A stretch of DNA of 64,000 nucleotides from contig CAYJMG010000003.1 in NCBI GenBank assembly GCA_964371355.1, positions 89,351 to 153,350 on the forward strand. Reading direction: 5' to 3'. Below the pieces are notes generated by a model. It was not told the origin of the DNA. It searched no databases and saw only the letters and a list, made by a program, of their open reading frames with translations. A program made the translations under genes and the position numbers. This stretch comes from an uncultured Dehalococcoidia bacterium (GTDB lineage: Bacteria; Chloroflexota; Dehalococcoidia; DSTF01; JACRBR01). Position 1 is the stretch's first letter. Each line of letters opens with the position of its first letter. Below, one piece after another: positions 29,401 to 37,189 of this stretch.

Positions 29401-30664
29401 CATCGAGCGCGCGGACGAGCGCATGTACGAGGAGAAGAAGGCCCGCAAGGCCAACGGCACCGGCCTTTCGCCGTCGCGCACCATCGGCGACGAGCGCGCG
29501 GCCCGCATGGTGGGCGAGCTGGTGCCGCTGCTGACCTCCAGCGGCACGCTGGACGAGAAGCTGAGACTGGTGGCCCACCGGCTTTCCGTCGGCGCTGGCT
29601 ACGCCGGCGTGAACTTCGACGTGCTGGGCGAGCACGACGGCCGCACCACCACCGTCAACCAGAACGCCTTCACCAAGGCGCCCGACGAGGTGATCGAGGC
29701 ATGGAACCGCCACCAGCGCTCGGGCGTGAACGGTCGCATCAGCGACCTGCTGCGCCAGACGCGCCGGGCGGTGATCATCGATGACATCGCCGCCAGCCAG
29801 CTCGTGACGGAGGAGCAGAAGAAGCTGCTGCTGTCGATCGGCATCGTCTCGGGCATCGTGGTGCCGCTGTTCGACGGCGACGCGATGGTTGCCACCATGT
29901 CGGTCGGGAGCAAGGACGTATCAGGGTTCTCCCAGAGCGACATGCAGTTCCTGACGGCGGTCGCCGGCCAGGTATCGGCCATCATCCGCATGGCTCGCCT
30001 GGTGGAAGACCTGCGGCGGGCAACGGGCCGGCTGGAGGAGGCGCGCGACGAGACGGTCATGTTCCTGGCCGAAGCGGCCGAGGCCCACACACAGAGCGGC
30101 GGCCGGCACTTCCTGGCCACGCGCGCCATCGCCGAGGCGATCGCCACGGAAATGGGGTTCGACGAGGCGAGCGTGCGGGAGCTGGGCCAGGCGGCGGCTC
30201 TGCACGACATCGGCAAGATCCACCTGCCCGACGCCCTGCTGTCCAGCCCGGAGCCACTATCGCCACGGCTCGGCATCGATCCCGCCGGGCAGGCGTGGGA
30301 GACGCTGCAGCAGCACTGTGCGCGCGGGCGCGAGTTCCTGGCCCGCGGCAAGGGATTCGAGCTGGCGGCGATGGCGGCGTACATGCACCACGAACGCTGG
30401 GACGGCGCCGGATACCCGCAGGGCATCGCCGGCGACGCCATCCCCATCGAGGCGTCCATCATCGCGGTGGCCGACAGCCTCGACGCGATGATGACCGAGA
30501 GCCCCTACCAGCCCGGCCGGTCGCTGGACGAGGCGGTCGCCGAAATCCTCGCCTGTCGCGGGACGCAGTTCCGCCCGGACGTGGTCGACGCGTTGTCCCG
30601 CCTGTACGAGCGGCGCGCGCTGCACGGCGTCTGGGCTCAGGACGAGGGCGCGGAGGCGGCCTGA
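23423..30664 (+). CDS. Giant multi-PAS c-di-GMP signalling protein: GAF, 13 PAS, GGDEF, GAF, HD-GYP (about 2413 aa)
   Basis: A single uninterrupted ORF. 13 PAS units each begin with a (E/D)xLRxSE(x)RFRxL linker. Intact GGDEF (RYGGDEFLV) with upstream DVDGMKAVNDTYGHQAGD. HD-GYP (ALHDIGKI ... HHERWDGAGYP). The ATG at 23423 is taken as start; the track's 23303 start and an ATG at 23453 are alternatives. Confidence 0.85.
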   Translation: MNHQQTGSQGMQGLAADAALRAVVERVSGSSGGEFYRRLAAELGHVFRASYAGVGELSLDGERVSLLGAWSRDPTSTPGDFAVAATPAEPVAQGEIRLHRERVRREFPADQRLQRLFAESYLGVPITDGRGDVLGLIELIADTPVRDADAATAIVMAMAERTATEMERDQAEAALRDSEMRYRALIEDSFHLVAEVVDERFIYASSGYTDTLGYPPEDLLGGSVFELIHEEDRKAAAGELRAMLSQRRAAHFTVRMRHEQGAWRWIECTARAFRTSGGEFRTTLFSRDVTDRVKAEAALRESEELFRSLIKDLRVGVALHDADARVLVCNDAALALLGLTEEEVLGKTSYDDSWRPTREDGTIIPPNERPVPLAIATGAPVRDIVYGVHRPATGEQAWVLASAEPQFDADGRVHRVICSLNDITARLMAEQELRASEGRFRFLAENSMDVISRYDADGRCVWMSPSVTPLTGYTPEEVVGHSLAEIFANNDDGLLAGALANVQEGIESFRTTFQVRHKDGHQVWMEATNKVVRDPETADVIEIQTSARDISGRKRAEDELRESEARFRLLAENSTDIIARYTPGGRCIWVSPSIRSVTGRDPEAVIGQIPGHQIHPDDREGAVEAMRALAAGEDQRTYTFRFQHVDGHYIWLEAHARAIRDAGGALTEVQTSSRDVTARMNAEDELRESETRFRLLAENATDMISRFALDGTRLWVSPSVQAITGYSQEETMQSGPVDNVHPDDVAALQTSFRAMVDGEASRRTTFRFRHRDGRYLWLEADGRAIRDEDGRVIEIQSSARDVTARKQAEEELRESEGRFRLLAHNSTDIIGRFSPDGRCVWISPSAQPITGYTPEEIVAAAPAKFVHPDDALEVWNAFNGMVESGATQRATFRFRHKDGHYIWLEANGRAVRDDTGQVVEIHSATRDVTARMEAEDDLRESEGRFRLLAENATDMIGRFTPDGVCLWVSPSVTAVMGYEPAELIGQNLREGIHPDDLAAISRGPDWERPDSVTSLMRYRHKAGHYIWIESTSNAVRNPQTGEVIEIHNTSRDVTARKAAEDDLRESEARFRLLAENATDVIGRYAMDGRCLWVSPSVTQVLGYAPDEIVGQEPFGHIHRDDLQDNMPFRPGATDLPDQWRTTLRYRHKDGRWVWLESTNRPARDPQTGAMLEVHSTSRDVTARIEAEEQLRASESRYRSLSESSPLGVYETTADGDATYFNERAIRMAGIGLDELKGWGWSRHVHPDDRPIVEAAWRAATQDGRECTIEYRLQTPRGIIWVSSHALPIRLPDGTVEKYVGTIDNITERREAQEAVRRSEQLFRATLESTADGIIVTRPLGELMYWNNRAAEMLAIPQTVLDTHSVQAFGRYIIENAREPEALVMAFSSLPSDEPVQAGTWTARDGRMFEAFAHPLHDPSGDLLRVWSIREVTEKHQSEMALRQSEDRFRSLAEHTTDLVLGICGPGVIDYASPNWSSAMGYNPEVMIGRNALDFVHPDDLPYTLEEFERAAEGDRAVCTMLRARHGQTGEWRWCELTANFYTSDMGEQRAVVTARDVTSRKQAEDALRESEERLRTVVNSVPLVLVAVDRDETVVLAEGQGLGLLGTPTRPLVGRSIAEELENHPQVLADMRRALAGDEVSTTTVFGRIVFEAHFRPIFDEHGQPNGMIGVAYDISARVEAERMLRDSEETARALLNAPTDGAVLVDREGTILAMNETAERRFREHASKQGVGPRDFIGTCVFDIFPPDLRAQRRARNDEVFRNGQRRHFEDERDGIWTDVTVDPIRDADGNIVRLAIFSRDVTDRKRDEAALRKRSRELEALNDYLEKTSAELERSQDELREASEQLAELLDAEQARSKTDTLTGALNHGTISEAISEAIAADVALAVAMVDVDGMKAVNDTYGHQAGDQVLLAVVQAITRPGAITGRYGGDEFLVALLNADRIEAEAYRDAVGAALQGAGVVDPESGARVPVVASVGIAMYPEDADTLKALIERADERMYEEKKARKANGTGLSPSRTIGDERAARMVGELVPLLTSSGTLDEKLRLVAHRLSVGAGYAGVNFDVLGEHDGRTTTVNQNAFTKAPDEVIEAWNRHQRSGVNGRISDLLRQTRRAVIIDDIAASQLVTEEQKKLLLSIGIVSGIVVPLFDGDAMVATMSVGSKDVSGFSQSDMQFLTAVAGQVSAIIRMARLVEDLRRATGRLEEARDETVMFLAEAAEAHTQSGGRHFLATRAIAEAIATEMGFDEASVRELGQAAALHDIGKIHLPDALLSSPEPLSPRLGIDPAGQAWETLQQHCARGREFLARGKGFELAAMAAYMHHERWDGAGYPQGIAGDAIPIEASIIAVADSLDAMMTESPYQPGRSLDEAVAEILACRGTQFRPDVVDALSRLYERRALHGVWAQDEGAEAA
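24712..26985 (+). repeat. Six tandem 375-381-bp direct repeat units (PAS-domain-encoding) inside the giant signalling gene
   Basis: Unit boundaries at 24712, 25093, 25474, 25849, 26224 and 26605. They all begin ga(g/a)ga(c/g)ga..tgcg.gagagcgag...cg.ttc.g.ctgct.gc.ga.aac. The encoded PAS units share RFRHKDGHYIWLE-type cores. Confidence 0.75.
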
Positions 30665-31935
30665 CGGGCCTCGGCCGGCTCCGGCGCGTCACTGCCGTGG
30701 CGGGTGAGGTTCACGGCCGCCCACACGGCGAACGTGACCCAGCCCCACACGAAGAACCACCACCCGTTGTCGCGCAGCCACTCCGTACCGGGGCCATCGA
30801 TGCCCGGGAAGATCAGGCCACCGCCGAGGAAGGCGATGATGACGTAAGAGGCCGTGTGGGCGGCAACGAGAGACGCCACGAGGAGACGCTGTCCGCTGAG
30901 GAGACCGAAGGGGACGATCCAGAGATAGTGGTAGGGCGCGCCGTCGTTCACCATCACGAAGAGCACCGCCAACACGCCGGCGATGGACGAATACAGCGGA
31001 GCGCGGCGGTAGATGAGCCAGGCCGCCGCGGCCAGCGTCGCCGCATATGCGGGCCACTCGCCGTGGTCGATCTCGAAGCGCAGCACTGTCGCCGATCCCG
31101 GCACGAATCCGAGGAAGCGGTCGATGATCAGCGGCGGCCCACCCAGCGTCGGGAACGGTGAGTAGTAGCCCTCCACGCCGTCGTACACCCGCAGCGGCGT
31201 GCTGCCGAACGCGAGCACGTACGCCAGGACCGCGCCCCCGACGACGGCGCCGGCCACGATGAGGTACTCCACCCTGCGTTCCGCGCGCAGCCTCGCCAAC
31301 AGCAACGGAATCAGGAACGCGGGCCACAGCTTCTGCAGGATGCCGAGCGCCAGCAATCCGGCCGACTGCAGGCGACTGCCCCCGGCGTTCGCCTCGGACA
31401 GGACGAAGACCGCGGAGACGGCGAAAAAGACCGAGATGACGTCGAACTGACCGTGGTAGATGGTCGCGAGGACGGGGAACGGGCACACGGCGTAAAGCAG
31501 TCCCGTGCGCACGCCCTCGGCCCTCCCCCACAGACGCGACGCCGCATGCGCGAGCAGCAACGCCGTACCCGCGTCGGCCAACGCCTGCGGGACACGGACC
31601 GCCGTGAAGAACGGGATGGGTGTCGCGTCGGCTATGAGCTTGCACACCGCCAGGATGTACATCTGGAACGGCAGGTACGGGTGCGGGAAGGGGCCGAAGG
31701 CGTAGATGTCGCGCCCGTGCAGGACCTCGTTCGCGGTTTTCTCGTAGTTGTTGATGTCGGTCAGCCAGAGGCCTTCGGGCTCGCGGTACACCAGCAGCGG
31801 CACGAACCGCACGATCAACGCGACCGCGGCGACCACCGCGAACTCGCGGCCCGGCGGCACGTCCGGCCGCAAGAACAGCAGCCACACGAAGGCGATGCTC
31901 GCCATCACGATCCACATGAACATGAAGAGAATCAC
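30637..31935 (-). CDS. Polytopic membrane protein, GT87/DUF2029-like (candidate lipid-linked-sugar-dependent glycosyltransferase)
   Basis: 432 aa with about 11 transmembrane helices and a DUF2029-like arrangement. The 3' end overlaps the giant gene's 3' end by 28 bp (convergent). Confidence 0.5.
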   Translation of the reverse strand: MILFMFMWIVMASIAFVWLLFLRPDVPPGREFAVVAAVALIVRFVPLLVYREPEGLWLTDINNYEKTANEVLHGRDIYAFGPFPHPYLPFQMYILAVCKLIADATPIPFFTAVRVPQALADAGTALLLAHAASRLWGRAEGVRTGLLYAVCPFPVLATIYHGQFDVISVFFAVSAVFVLSEANAGGSRLQSAGLLALGILQKLWPAFLIPLLLARLRAERRVEYLIVAGAVVGGAVLAYVLAFGSTPLRVYDGVEGYYSPFPTLGGPPLIIDRFLGFVPGSATVLRFEIDHGEWPAYAATLAAAAWLIYRRAPLYSSIAGVLAVLFVMVNDGAPYHYLWIVPFGLLSGQRLLVASLVAAHTASYVIIAFLGGGLIFPGIDGPGTEWLRDNGWWFFVWGWVTFAVWAAVNLTRHGSDAPEPAEARQAASAPSS

Positions 31936-31983
31936 GGCGGCAGTGTAGGTGACCGAACGCCGGTGTCGGCCCGATGCTTGACG

Positions 31984-33354
31984 TCAGCGCGCCCTGCGGT
32001 GCGCGCGCTGCTTGCGCCAGATCGAGAATCTCCGGCGCAGGCCGAAGCGCGCCTCGTAGTACGAGCGCGAGACGAACCAGTCGAGCGAATGCAGCGCGAT
32101 CGGCAGGCGCTGCTCGTTGCGGCGCACGGGCGAGCTTGACGCGCCGGTGCAGTAGTCGATGAGCGGCGCCAGCGTGCGCTCCCACGTGTACTCCTCGCGG
32201 ACCGCTTCGACGTTGCGGCGGCAGGCCGCGCGGTAGCCCGCGTCGCCCGCCAGCCGGTCGAGCGCGACCGTGAGCGCATCGAGGTCGCCCTCGGGTACCG
32301 CCGCGCCGAGCCCGCGCGCCTCGACCATCTCAGCCACCATGTCGCCCTGCGTGCAGACCAGCGGCAGGCCGGCCCAGAAGCAGTCCAGGTAGCGCACGCG
32401 GAACGAGAACCGCGTCTCCAGGCTGTCGTAGTACGTACAGACGGCGACGTCCGACTCCAACAGGTACTGCTGGGTGTCCTCGTTGTTCGCCCACGTGAAG
32501 TTGAAGAAGACGTGCGTATCCAGGATTCCCAGCTCGCGGCAAAGGTCGAGCGCACGCTGGGTCGTGCCGCCGCCCAGGCCCTGCAGCGTCTTCGCGCCGT
32601 AACTGTCCGGGTGCTCGGTGCCCATGAAGAACAACCGCATGTTCGGATGCCGGTCCTTCAGGCGAGCGACGGCACGGAGCAGCAGGCCCATGTCGTACCA
32701 GTCGACGATGATGCCGTTCCAGATCATCACGAAGTCGCCGCGCCCGATGCCCGGCCACACGCCGCGCAGCAGCGGCACGCCCGCCACGGGCGGCGCCGGC
32801 CGGATGCCGATGGGCGCGATGCGGATCAGACCCTCCAGCGTGGGATCGCTGTCGAACGCGCGGGGCGTAATGAGCCCGGCCGTGCCCATGATGCCTGCAA
32901 TGAGGTCGCGCTGCCGCACGTTCGAGCAGAGGATTGTGTCGGACGCGGCGATCTGCGTGATGAGATCGCGGCGCTTCATGTCGATCCAGGCGCGGCGGTG
33001 CGACTCGCCAGGGTCGCGCTTCGTCATCTCCACCCACTCCGTGATGAATGGAGTGAACAGGTCGAGCACGAGGCGCGTGTTCCCCGCGAACGGCAGCATC
33101 TTCAGTGGGAAGCGCGTGCTGATGACGATGTCGTGCTCGCGCGTCAGCCGCCCGATGTTCGCGCCGTCGTGGCGGGTGAAGGCGAAGGGCACGGTCGCCG
33201 GGTCGAGGTCGGCCGGCGTCGTGCGCGGGATGGCGAGCGTCACCTGCGCGCCCGGGACACGCTCCTGCAGCACCCGCGCCATGTGGTAGCTGCGGATGCC
33301 GCCGCTGGCCATCGTGCCGCCCACCGTCGTGTGGCCCAGGACGAGGATCTTCAT
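31984..33354 (-). CDS. GT4-like (GT-B fold) glycosyltransferase, paralog 1 of 3
   Basis: 456 aa with a C-terminal GT4-type Rossmann layout (IWNGIIVDWYD..., ADVAVCTYYDSLETRFSFRVRYLDCFWAGLPLVCTQGD, final YTWERT). The EX7E motif is degenerate. ATGA overlap with paralog 2. Confidence 0.6.
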   Translation of the reverse strand: MKILVLGHTTVGGTMASGGIRSYHMARVLQERVPGAQVTLAIPRTTPADLDPATVPFAFTRHDGANIGRLTREHDIVISTRFPLKMLPFAGNTRLVLDLFTPFITEWVEMTKRDPGESHRRAWIDMKRRDLITQIAASDTILCSNVRQRDLIAGIMGTAGLITPRAFDSDPTLEGLIRIAPIGIRPAPPVAGVPLLRGVWPGIGRGDFVMIWNGIIVDWYDMGLLLRAVARLKDRHPNMRLFFMGTEHPDSYGAKTLQGLGGGTTQRALDLCRELGILDTHVFFNFTWANNEDTQQYLLESDVAVCTYYDSLETRFSFRVRYLDCFWAGLPLVCTQGDMVAEMVEARGLGAAVPEGDLDALTVALDRLAGDAGYRAACRRNVEAVREEYTWERTLAPLIDYCTGASSSPVRRNEQRLPIALHSLDWFVSRSYYEARFGLRRRFSIWRKQRAHRRAR

Positions 33355-34715
33355 TGCGCCGCCGAATGCCGCGGGGCCAGTCGCGCTCGCACCCGCTGAC
33401 GCAGGCGGAAGCGCAGGAAGTGGTACGACTCCGACAGCAGCCAGTCAGCGCCGAGGCGTGCGATCGGTAGCAGGCGCGCATTGTGCAGCGCGGCCCGCGG
33501 TGCGCCCTCCCGGCAGTAGTCGATCAGCGGCCTCAGCGTCTCCTCCCACGCGAACGACGGCCGCAGCGCCTCGACGTTGCGCCGGCACCCTGCGCGGAAG
33601 GCGTCATCGGAGGCCAGCCGTCGCACCGCGGACACGATCGCGTCCACGTCGCGTTCGGGGACGCTGACGCCAAGCCCCCGCTTGTCGACCATCTCGGACA
33701 CCACGTCGCCGCGCGTCGACACGATGGGCAGTCCTGCCCAGATCAGGTCGAGGAAGCGCACGCGGAACGAGAACCGCGTCTCCAGGTTGTCGAAGTACGT
33801 CGCGACACCGGCGTCCGCGTCGGCCAGATAGCGCTCCGCGGTCTCGTCATCGGCCCAGCCGAAGTTGAAGAACACGTGCGTGTCCAGGATGCCCAGCTCC
33901 TGCGCCAGCTCGTACGCCGCTCGCACCGCCCCCCCGCCCATCCCCCGGAAGCGGCCGGCATCGAAGCTGTGGGGGTGCTCCGTACCCAGGAACACCAGCT
34001 TTACGTCGTCGCGCTCGCGGCTGAGCCGATGGACAGCGTGGATGAGCGACGCGGCGTCGTACCACTCGATGATGGTGCCGTTCCAGAGCAGCAGCTTGTC
34101 GTCGGGGCGGATGCCGGGCACCGCGCCCTTCACGCCGCCACGCGCGGGCAGTGGCCGCGGCCGCACGCCGTACGGAGCGACGGCCAGCACGCTGCCCAGG
34201 CTGGTGTCGCAGTCGTACGTGTGGGCGCTGATGAGGCCCAGCGTACCCATGATGCCGGCGTACAGGTCGCGCTGGCGCTCGTTCGCACACAGGACGAGGT
34301 CGGCGAGGGCGAGCTGCAGCAGCGTGTTCTTGCGCCGCGGCTCCAGCCAGATGTTGCGATACGGCGGGTCTTGGGTGTTCTTCGAAAGTTCGAGCATCTC
34401 GGTGTAGCCCGGCGTGTACATGTCCAACACGATGCGCGTATCCGACGCCGCGGGCAGCAGCTTCAACGGAAACTTGGTCGTCACCACCACGTCCGAGGAC
34501 TTCGTGAGCGAGATCATGTCGCGCTCTGAAGGACGCACGATCTCGAAGCACTCCCGCGCGGGGTCGACATCGCACGGGGTGTGCGGCGAGATGGCCAGCG
34601 TGACGCGGGCATCGGGGAGCTGCTGTTGGAGCACGCGGGCGACGTGGTAGGCCCGGATGCCGGGGGCGGCCATCTTCGTGCCGATAACGGCGTTGGTGAG
34701 GATGGTGACGCGCAT
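33351..34715 (-). CDS. GT4-like (GT-B fold) glycosyltransferase, paralog 2 of 3
   Basis: 454 aa from the ATG at 34715, with the same architecture as paralog 1 (RVTILTNAVIGTKMAAPGIRAYHVARVL ... ETRFSFRVRFLDLIWAGLPIVSTRGD). The start overlaps paralog 3's stop (TAATG). Confidence 0.6.
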   Translation of the reverse strand: MRVTILTNAVIGTKMAAPGIRAYHVARVLQQQLPDARVTLAISPHTPCDVDPARECFEIVRPSERDMISLTKSSDVVVTTKFPLKLLPAASDTRIVLDMYTPGYTEMLELSKNTQDPPYRNIWLEPRRKNTLLQLALADLVLCANERQRDLYAGIMGTLGLISAHTYDCDTSLGSVLAVAPYGVRPRPLPARGGVKGAVPGIRPDDKLLLWNGTIIEWYDAASLIHAVHRLSRERDDVKLVFLGTEHPHSFDAGRFRGMGGGAVRAAYELAQELGILDTHVFFNFGWADDETAERYLADADAGVATYFDNLETRFSFRVRFLDLIWAGLPIVSTRGDVVSEMVDKRGLGVSVPERDVDAIVSAVRRLASDDAFRAGCRRNVEALRPSFAWEETLRPLIDYCREGAPRAALHNARLLPIARLGADWLLSESYHFLRFRLRQRVRARLAPRHSAAQ

Positions 34716-36058
34716 TACTGGCTCAGCACCACGCCGACCGCACGCTGGGCCGCCCACTGCGCCCACGCCCCGGCCAGCATCGCCGTGCGCTTCCACTTCG
34801 GGAGGGCGCTGGTGCGCGGGTCGCGGCAGAACTCCACGAGGTCGCGCAGGGCGACCGTCCAGCTCATCTCCTTGTTCGCCTCGCGGATGTTGCGGCGGCA
34901 CTCCTCGTAGTAGTCGGGGTCGCCCAGCAGGCGCAGGATCGCGCCCGCGACGGCGTCGACGTCCTGCTGCGGGACGGCTTCGCCCATCCGCTTCTCGCGC
35001 ACCATACCGGCCAGCACGTCACCCTCCGTGCAGATCAGCGGCACCTCGGCCCAGAACACGTCGACGAACCGCGTGCGCAGCGAGAAGTGCGTCTCCAGAT
35101 TGTTGAAGTAGGTGCAGACGGCAAGGTCCGCCTCGAGCATGTAATCCTTCATCCGCTCGTACGGCACCCAGGCCATATCGAAGAAGACGGTGTTGTTGTA
35201 GAGCCCCAGCTCGTTAGCCAGTTTCAGGGACTCCATATAGCGCAGGCCCAGGCCCATGCCCTGCAGCCCGGGGTAGGCGCCACCCACGAACACCAGCTTG
35301 ATGTCGTCGCGCTCCTCCCGCACCTTCGCCATCGCCTGCAGCAGCGTGATGGGGTCGTACCACTGCAGAATGCCGCCGTTCCACATGATGAGCCTGTCGG
35401 TCTCCTTGATGCCCGCGTATACGCCCTTCAGCGCCGGCTTCCCCTTCGGGCCCAGGGGGTCGGGGCGGATCCCATGCGGCGCCACGCCGATCATCCGCTT
35501 CAGCGAGGGGTCGTCGTCGTAGGCGATGGGGTCGATCAGGCCGAGCGCGATCAGCGCGCCGATGTAGTAGTCACGCTGGCGATCGTTGGCGACGCTGATG
35601 TAGTCGGCGGAGACAAGCTCGGCGCCGACGCGGCGGCGGGCGCCGGCCATGTACGTCTCACGGTAGCGCTTGTTCTTGCGCAGGTGGTCCCGCGACTGCT
35701 CCATCCACTCCAGGAAGTAAACGGTGTAGTAGTCGAGCACGAACGTCTTCCAGGGGAAGGCGGCGATGGCGTGGGGCGGGTAGTCGTTGGCGATGATGAT
35801 GTCGTGCTGCATCATCAGCGCCAGCAGTGAGCGCCAGTTGTAGTAGGCGACGCTGTAGGGCAGGCGAGAGGGGTCGTCAGGCGGGTCGCTGCCCTTCTGC
35901 AGCGCGAGCGTGATCTCGGCCTCGGGCAGCTCCTGGGCCAGCACCTCGACCATGTGGCGGGTGCGGATGCCCGGGCTCGACATCTGGGCGCCAAAGGCCG
36001 ACCGGCTGACGACGAGGATGCGCTTCCGCCCGCTGCCGTTGCTCTTCGCCATCAGCAC
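34715..36058 (-). CDS. GT4-like (GT-B fold) glycosyltransferase, paralog 3 of 3
   Basis: 447 aa, more divergent, with the same layout (KRILVVSRSAFGAQMSSPGIRTRHMVEVL ... ETHFSLRTRFVDVFWAEVPLICTEGD). Confidence 0.6.
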   Translation of the reverse strand: MLMAKSNGSGRKRILVVSRSAFGAQMSSPGIRTRHMVEVLAQELPEAEITLALQKGSDPPDDPSRLPYSVAYYNWRSLLALMMQHDIIIANDYPPHAIAAFPWKTFVLDYYTVYFLEWMEQSRDHLRKNKRYRETYMAGARRRVGAELVSADYISVANDRQRDYYIGALIALGLIDPIAYDDDPSLKRMIGVAPHGIRPDPLGPKGKPALKGVYAGIKETDRLIMWNGGILQWYDPITLLQAMAKVREERDDIKLVFVGGAYPGLQGMGLGLRYMESLKLANELGLYNNTVFFDMAWVPYERMKDYMLEADLAVCTYFNNLETHFSLRTRFVDVFWAEVPLICTEGDVLAGMVREKRMGEAVPQQDVDAVAGAILRLLGDPDYYEECRRNIREANKEMSWTVALRDLVEFCRDPRTSALPKWKRTAMLAGAWAQWAAQRAVGVVLSQ

Positions 36059-36094
36059 CGCCCTGCCACCGGTTCGCGCTCCGCGGCCTCAGCG

Positions 36095-37189
36095 TCAGCG
36101 CGCCGGCCACTCGATGCGGGAGACAATGTTCGCCCAACTATACATATCGAGGAACGGCGCGGGTACGTTACCGGACTTGACGTGGCGGGGCGCCGCCAGC
36201 GCGGCCGCGAAAGCATCCCAGCCGTCCTCGAAGGACAGCAGCTCCCCGCAAACCGCGCGGTCAATGCCCTCCGCACCCATGGTCGTCGAAACGACAGGCG
36301 TGGCGCAGGCGATGCTCTCCAGGATCTTCAGCCGCGTCCCGCCGCCGCTCACGACCGGCACGGCCACCGCGTCCGCCGCGTTCACGTAGGGCGCCATCGC
36401 CGGGACCGCGCCCGTGTACCGGAGCCGCGGGTGGGAGTACAGCCATGCGGCCTCCTCGTGGTTCTTGCCCGCGACCACGAACTGGTAGTCGAGGCCCGCA
36501 CGGTCCAGCCGCGGCAGCAGCTCCTGGTGGATGATGCGCAGGGCTTCCCCGTTGGGGGCATAGCCGAGCTGCCCGAAGAACAGCAACATCTTCGTGCCCT
36601 CGCCGATCGCGAGCTGCTCGCGGACGCGCGCCCCCGCCGCAGCGTCAGGATGCACGACCGCAGCGTCGACGCCGTTCGGCACCAGCTGTATCTTCGCCGC
36701 AGGCACGCCGCACCGTCGAAAACGCTCGCCGTCCTCCGCCGAGACGACGAAGATGCTCGACCCAAGCCGCGCGATCAGCCGCTCGTACAGGGCGACAAGC
36801 CGCCAGGCGCGCGATCCCGTGCTGCGGAAGCGGTCGCCCTCGACGTTCGGCGCGTCGAGCACCAGCGGCACGCCCAGCCGCCGGGCGAGGTACGCGGCGT
36901 GCAGCCCCGGCCACGGATACTCCGTCACAATCACATCCGGCCGCTGGTCCCGCGCGATGACGAGCGCGCGGCGCAGGAAACCGGCATCGAGCACCTGGTG
37001 GCGGCGGCCAGGTGGAGTCGTCTCGTAAAGGCGCACCCGCAGGTCGTTCGCGGCGTTCGCCGGAGAGCGCGGCGTGAAGAGCAACAGCTCGTGCACGGGT
37101 GCCAGGTGCTTCAGGAGGTTGTAGGCGCGGACGCGCCCGCCATCGTCGGGCGGAAAGATCGGGTACGGCACGATCATCGCGATGTTCAT
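36095..37189 (-). CDS. Glycosyltransferase family 4 (glycosyl transferases group 1)
   Basis: 364 aa from the ATG at 37189 (MNIAMIVPYPIFPPDDGGRVRAYNL...). C-terminal GT4 motifs. ATGA overlap with the upstream GT2. The track's 108-codon N-terminal extension is an Arg/Ala-rich artefact. Confidence 0.8.
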   Translation of the reverse strand: MNIAMIVPYPIFPPDDGGRVRAYNLLKHLAPVHELLLFTPRSPANAANDLRVRLYETTPPGRRHQVLDAGFLRRALVIARDQRPDVIVTEYPWPGLHAAYLARRLGVPLVLDAPNVEGDRFRSTGSRAWRLVALYERLIARLGSSIFVVSAEDGERFRRCGVPAAKIQLVPNGVDAAVVHPDAAAGARVREQLAIGEGTKMLLFFGQLGYAPNGEALRIIHQELLPRLDRAGLDYQFVVAGKNHEEAAWLYSHPRLRYTGAVPAMAPYVNAADAVAVPVVSGGGTRLKILESIACATPVVSTTMGAEGIDRAVCGELLSFEDGWDAFAAALAAPRHVKSGNVPAPFLDMYSWANIVSRIEWPAR

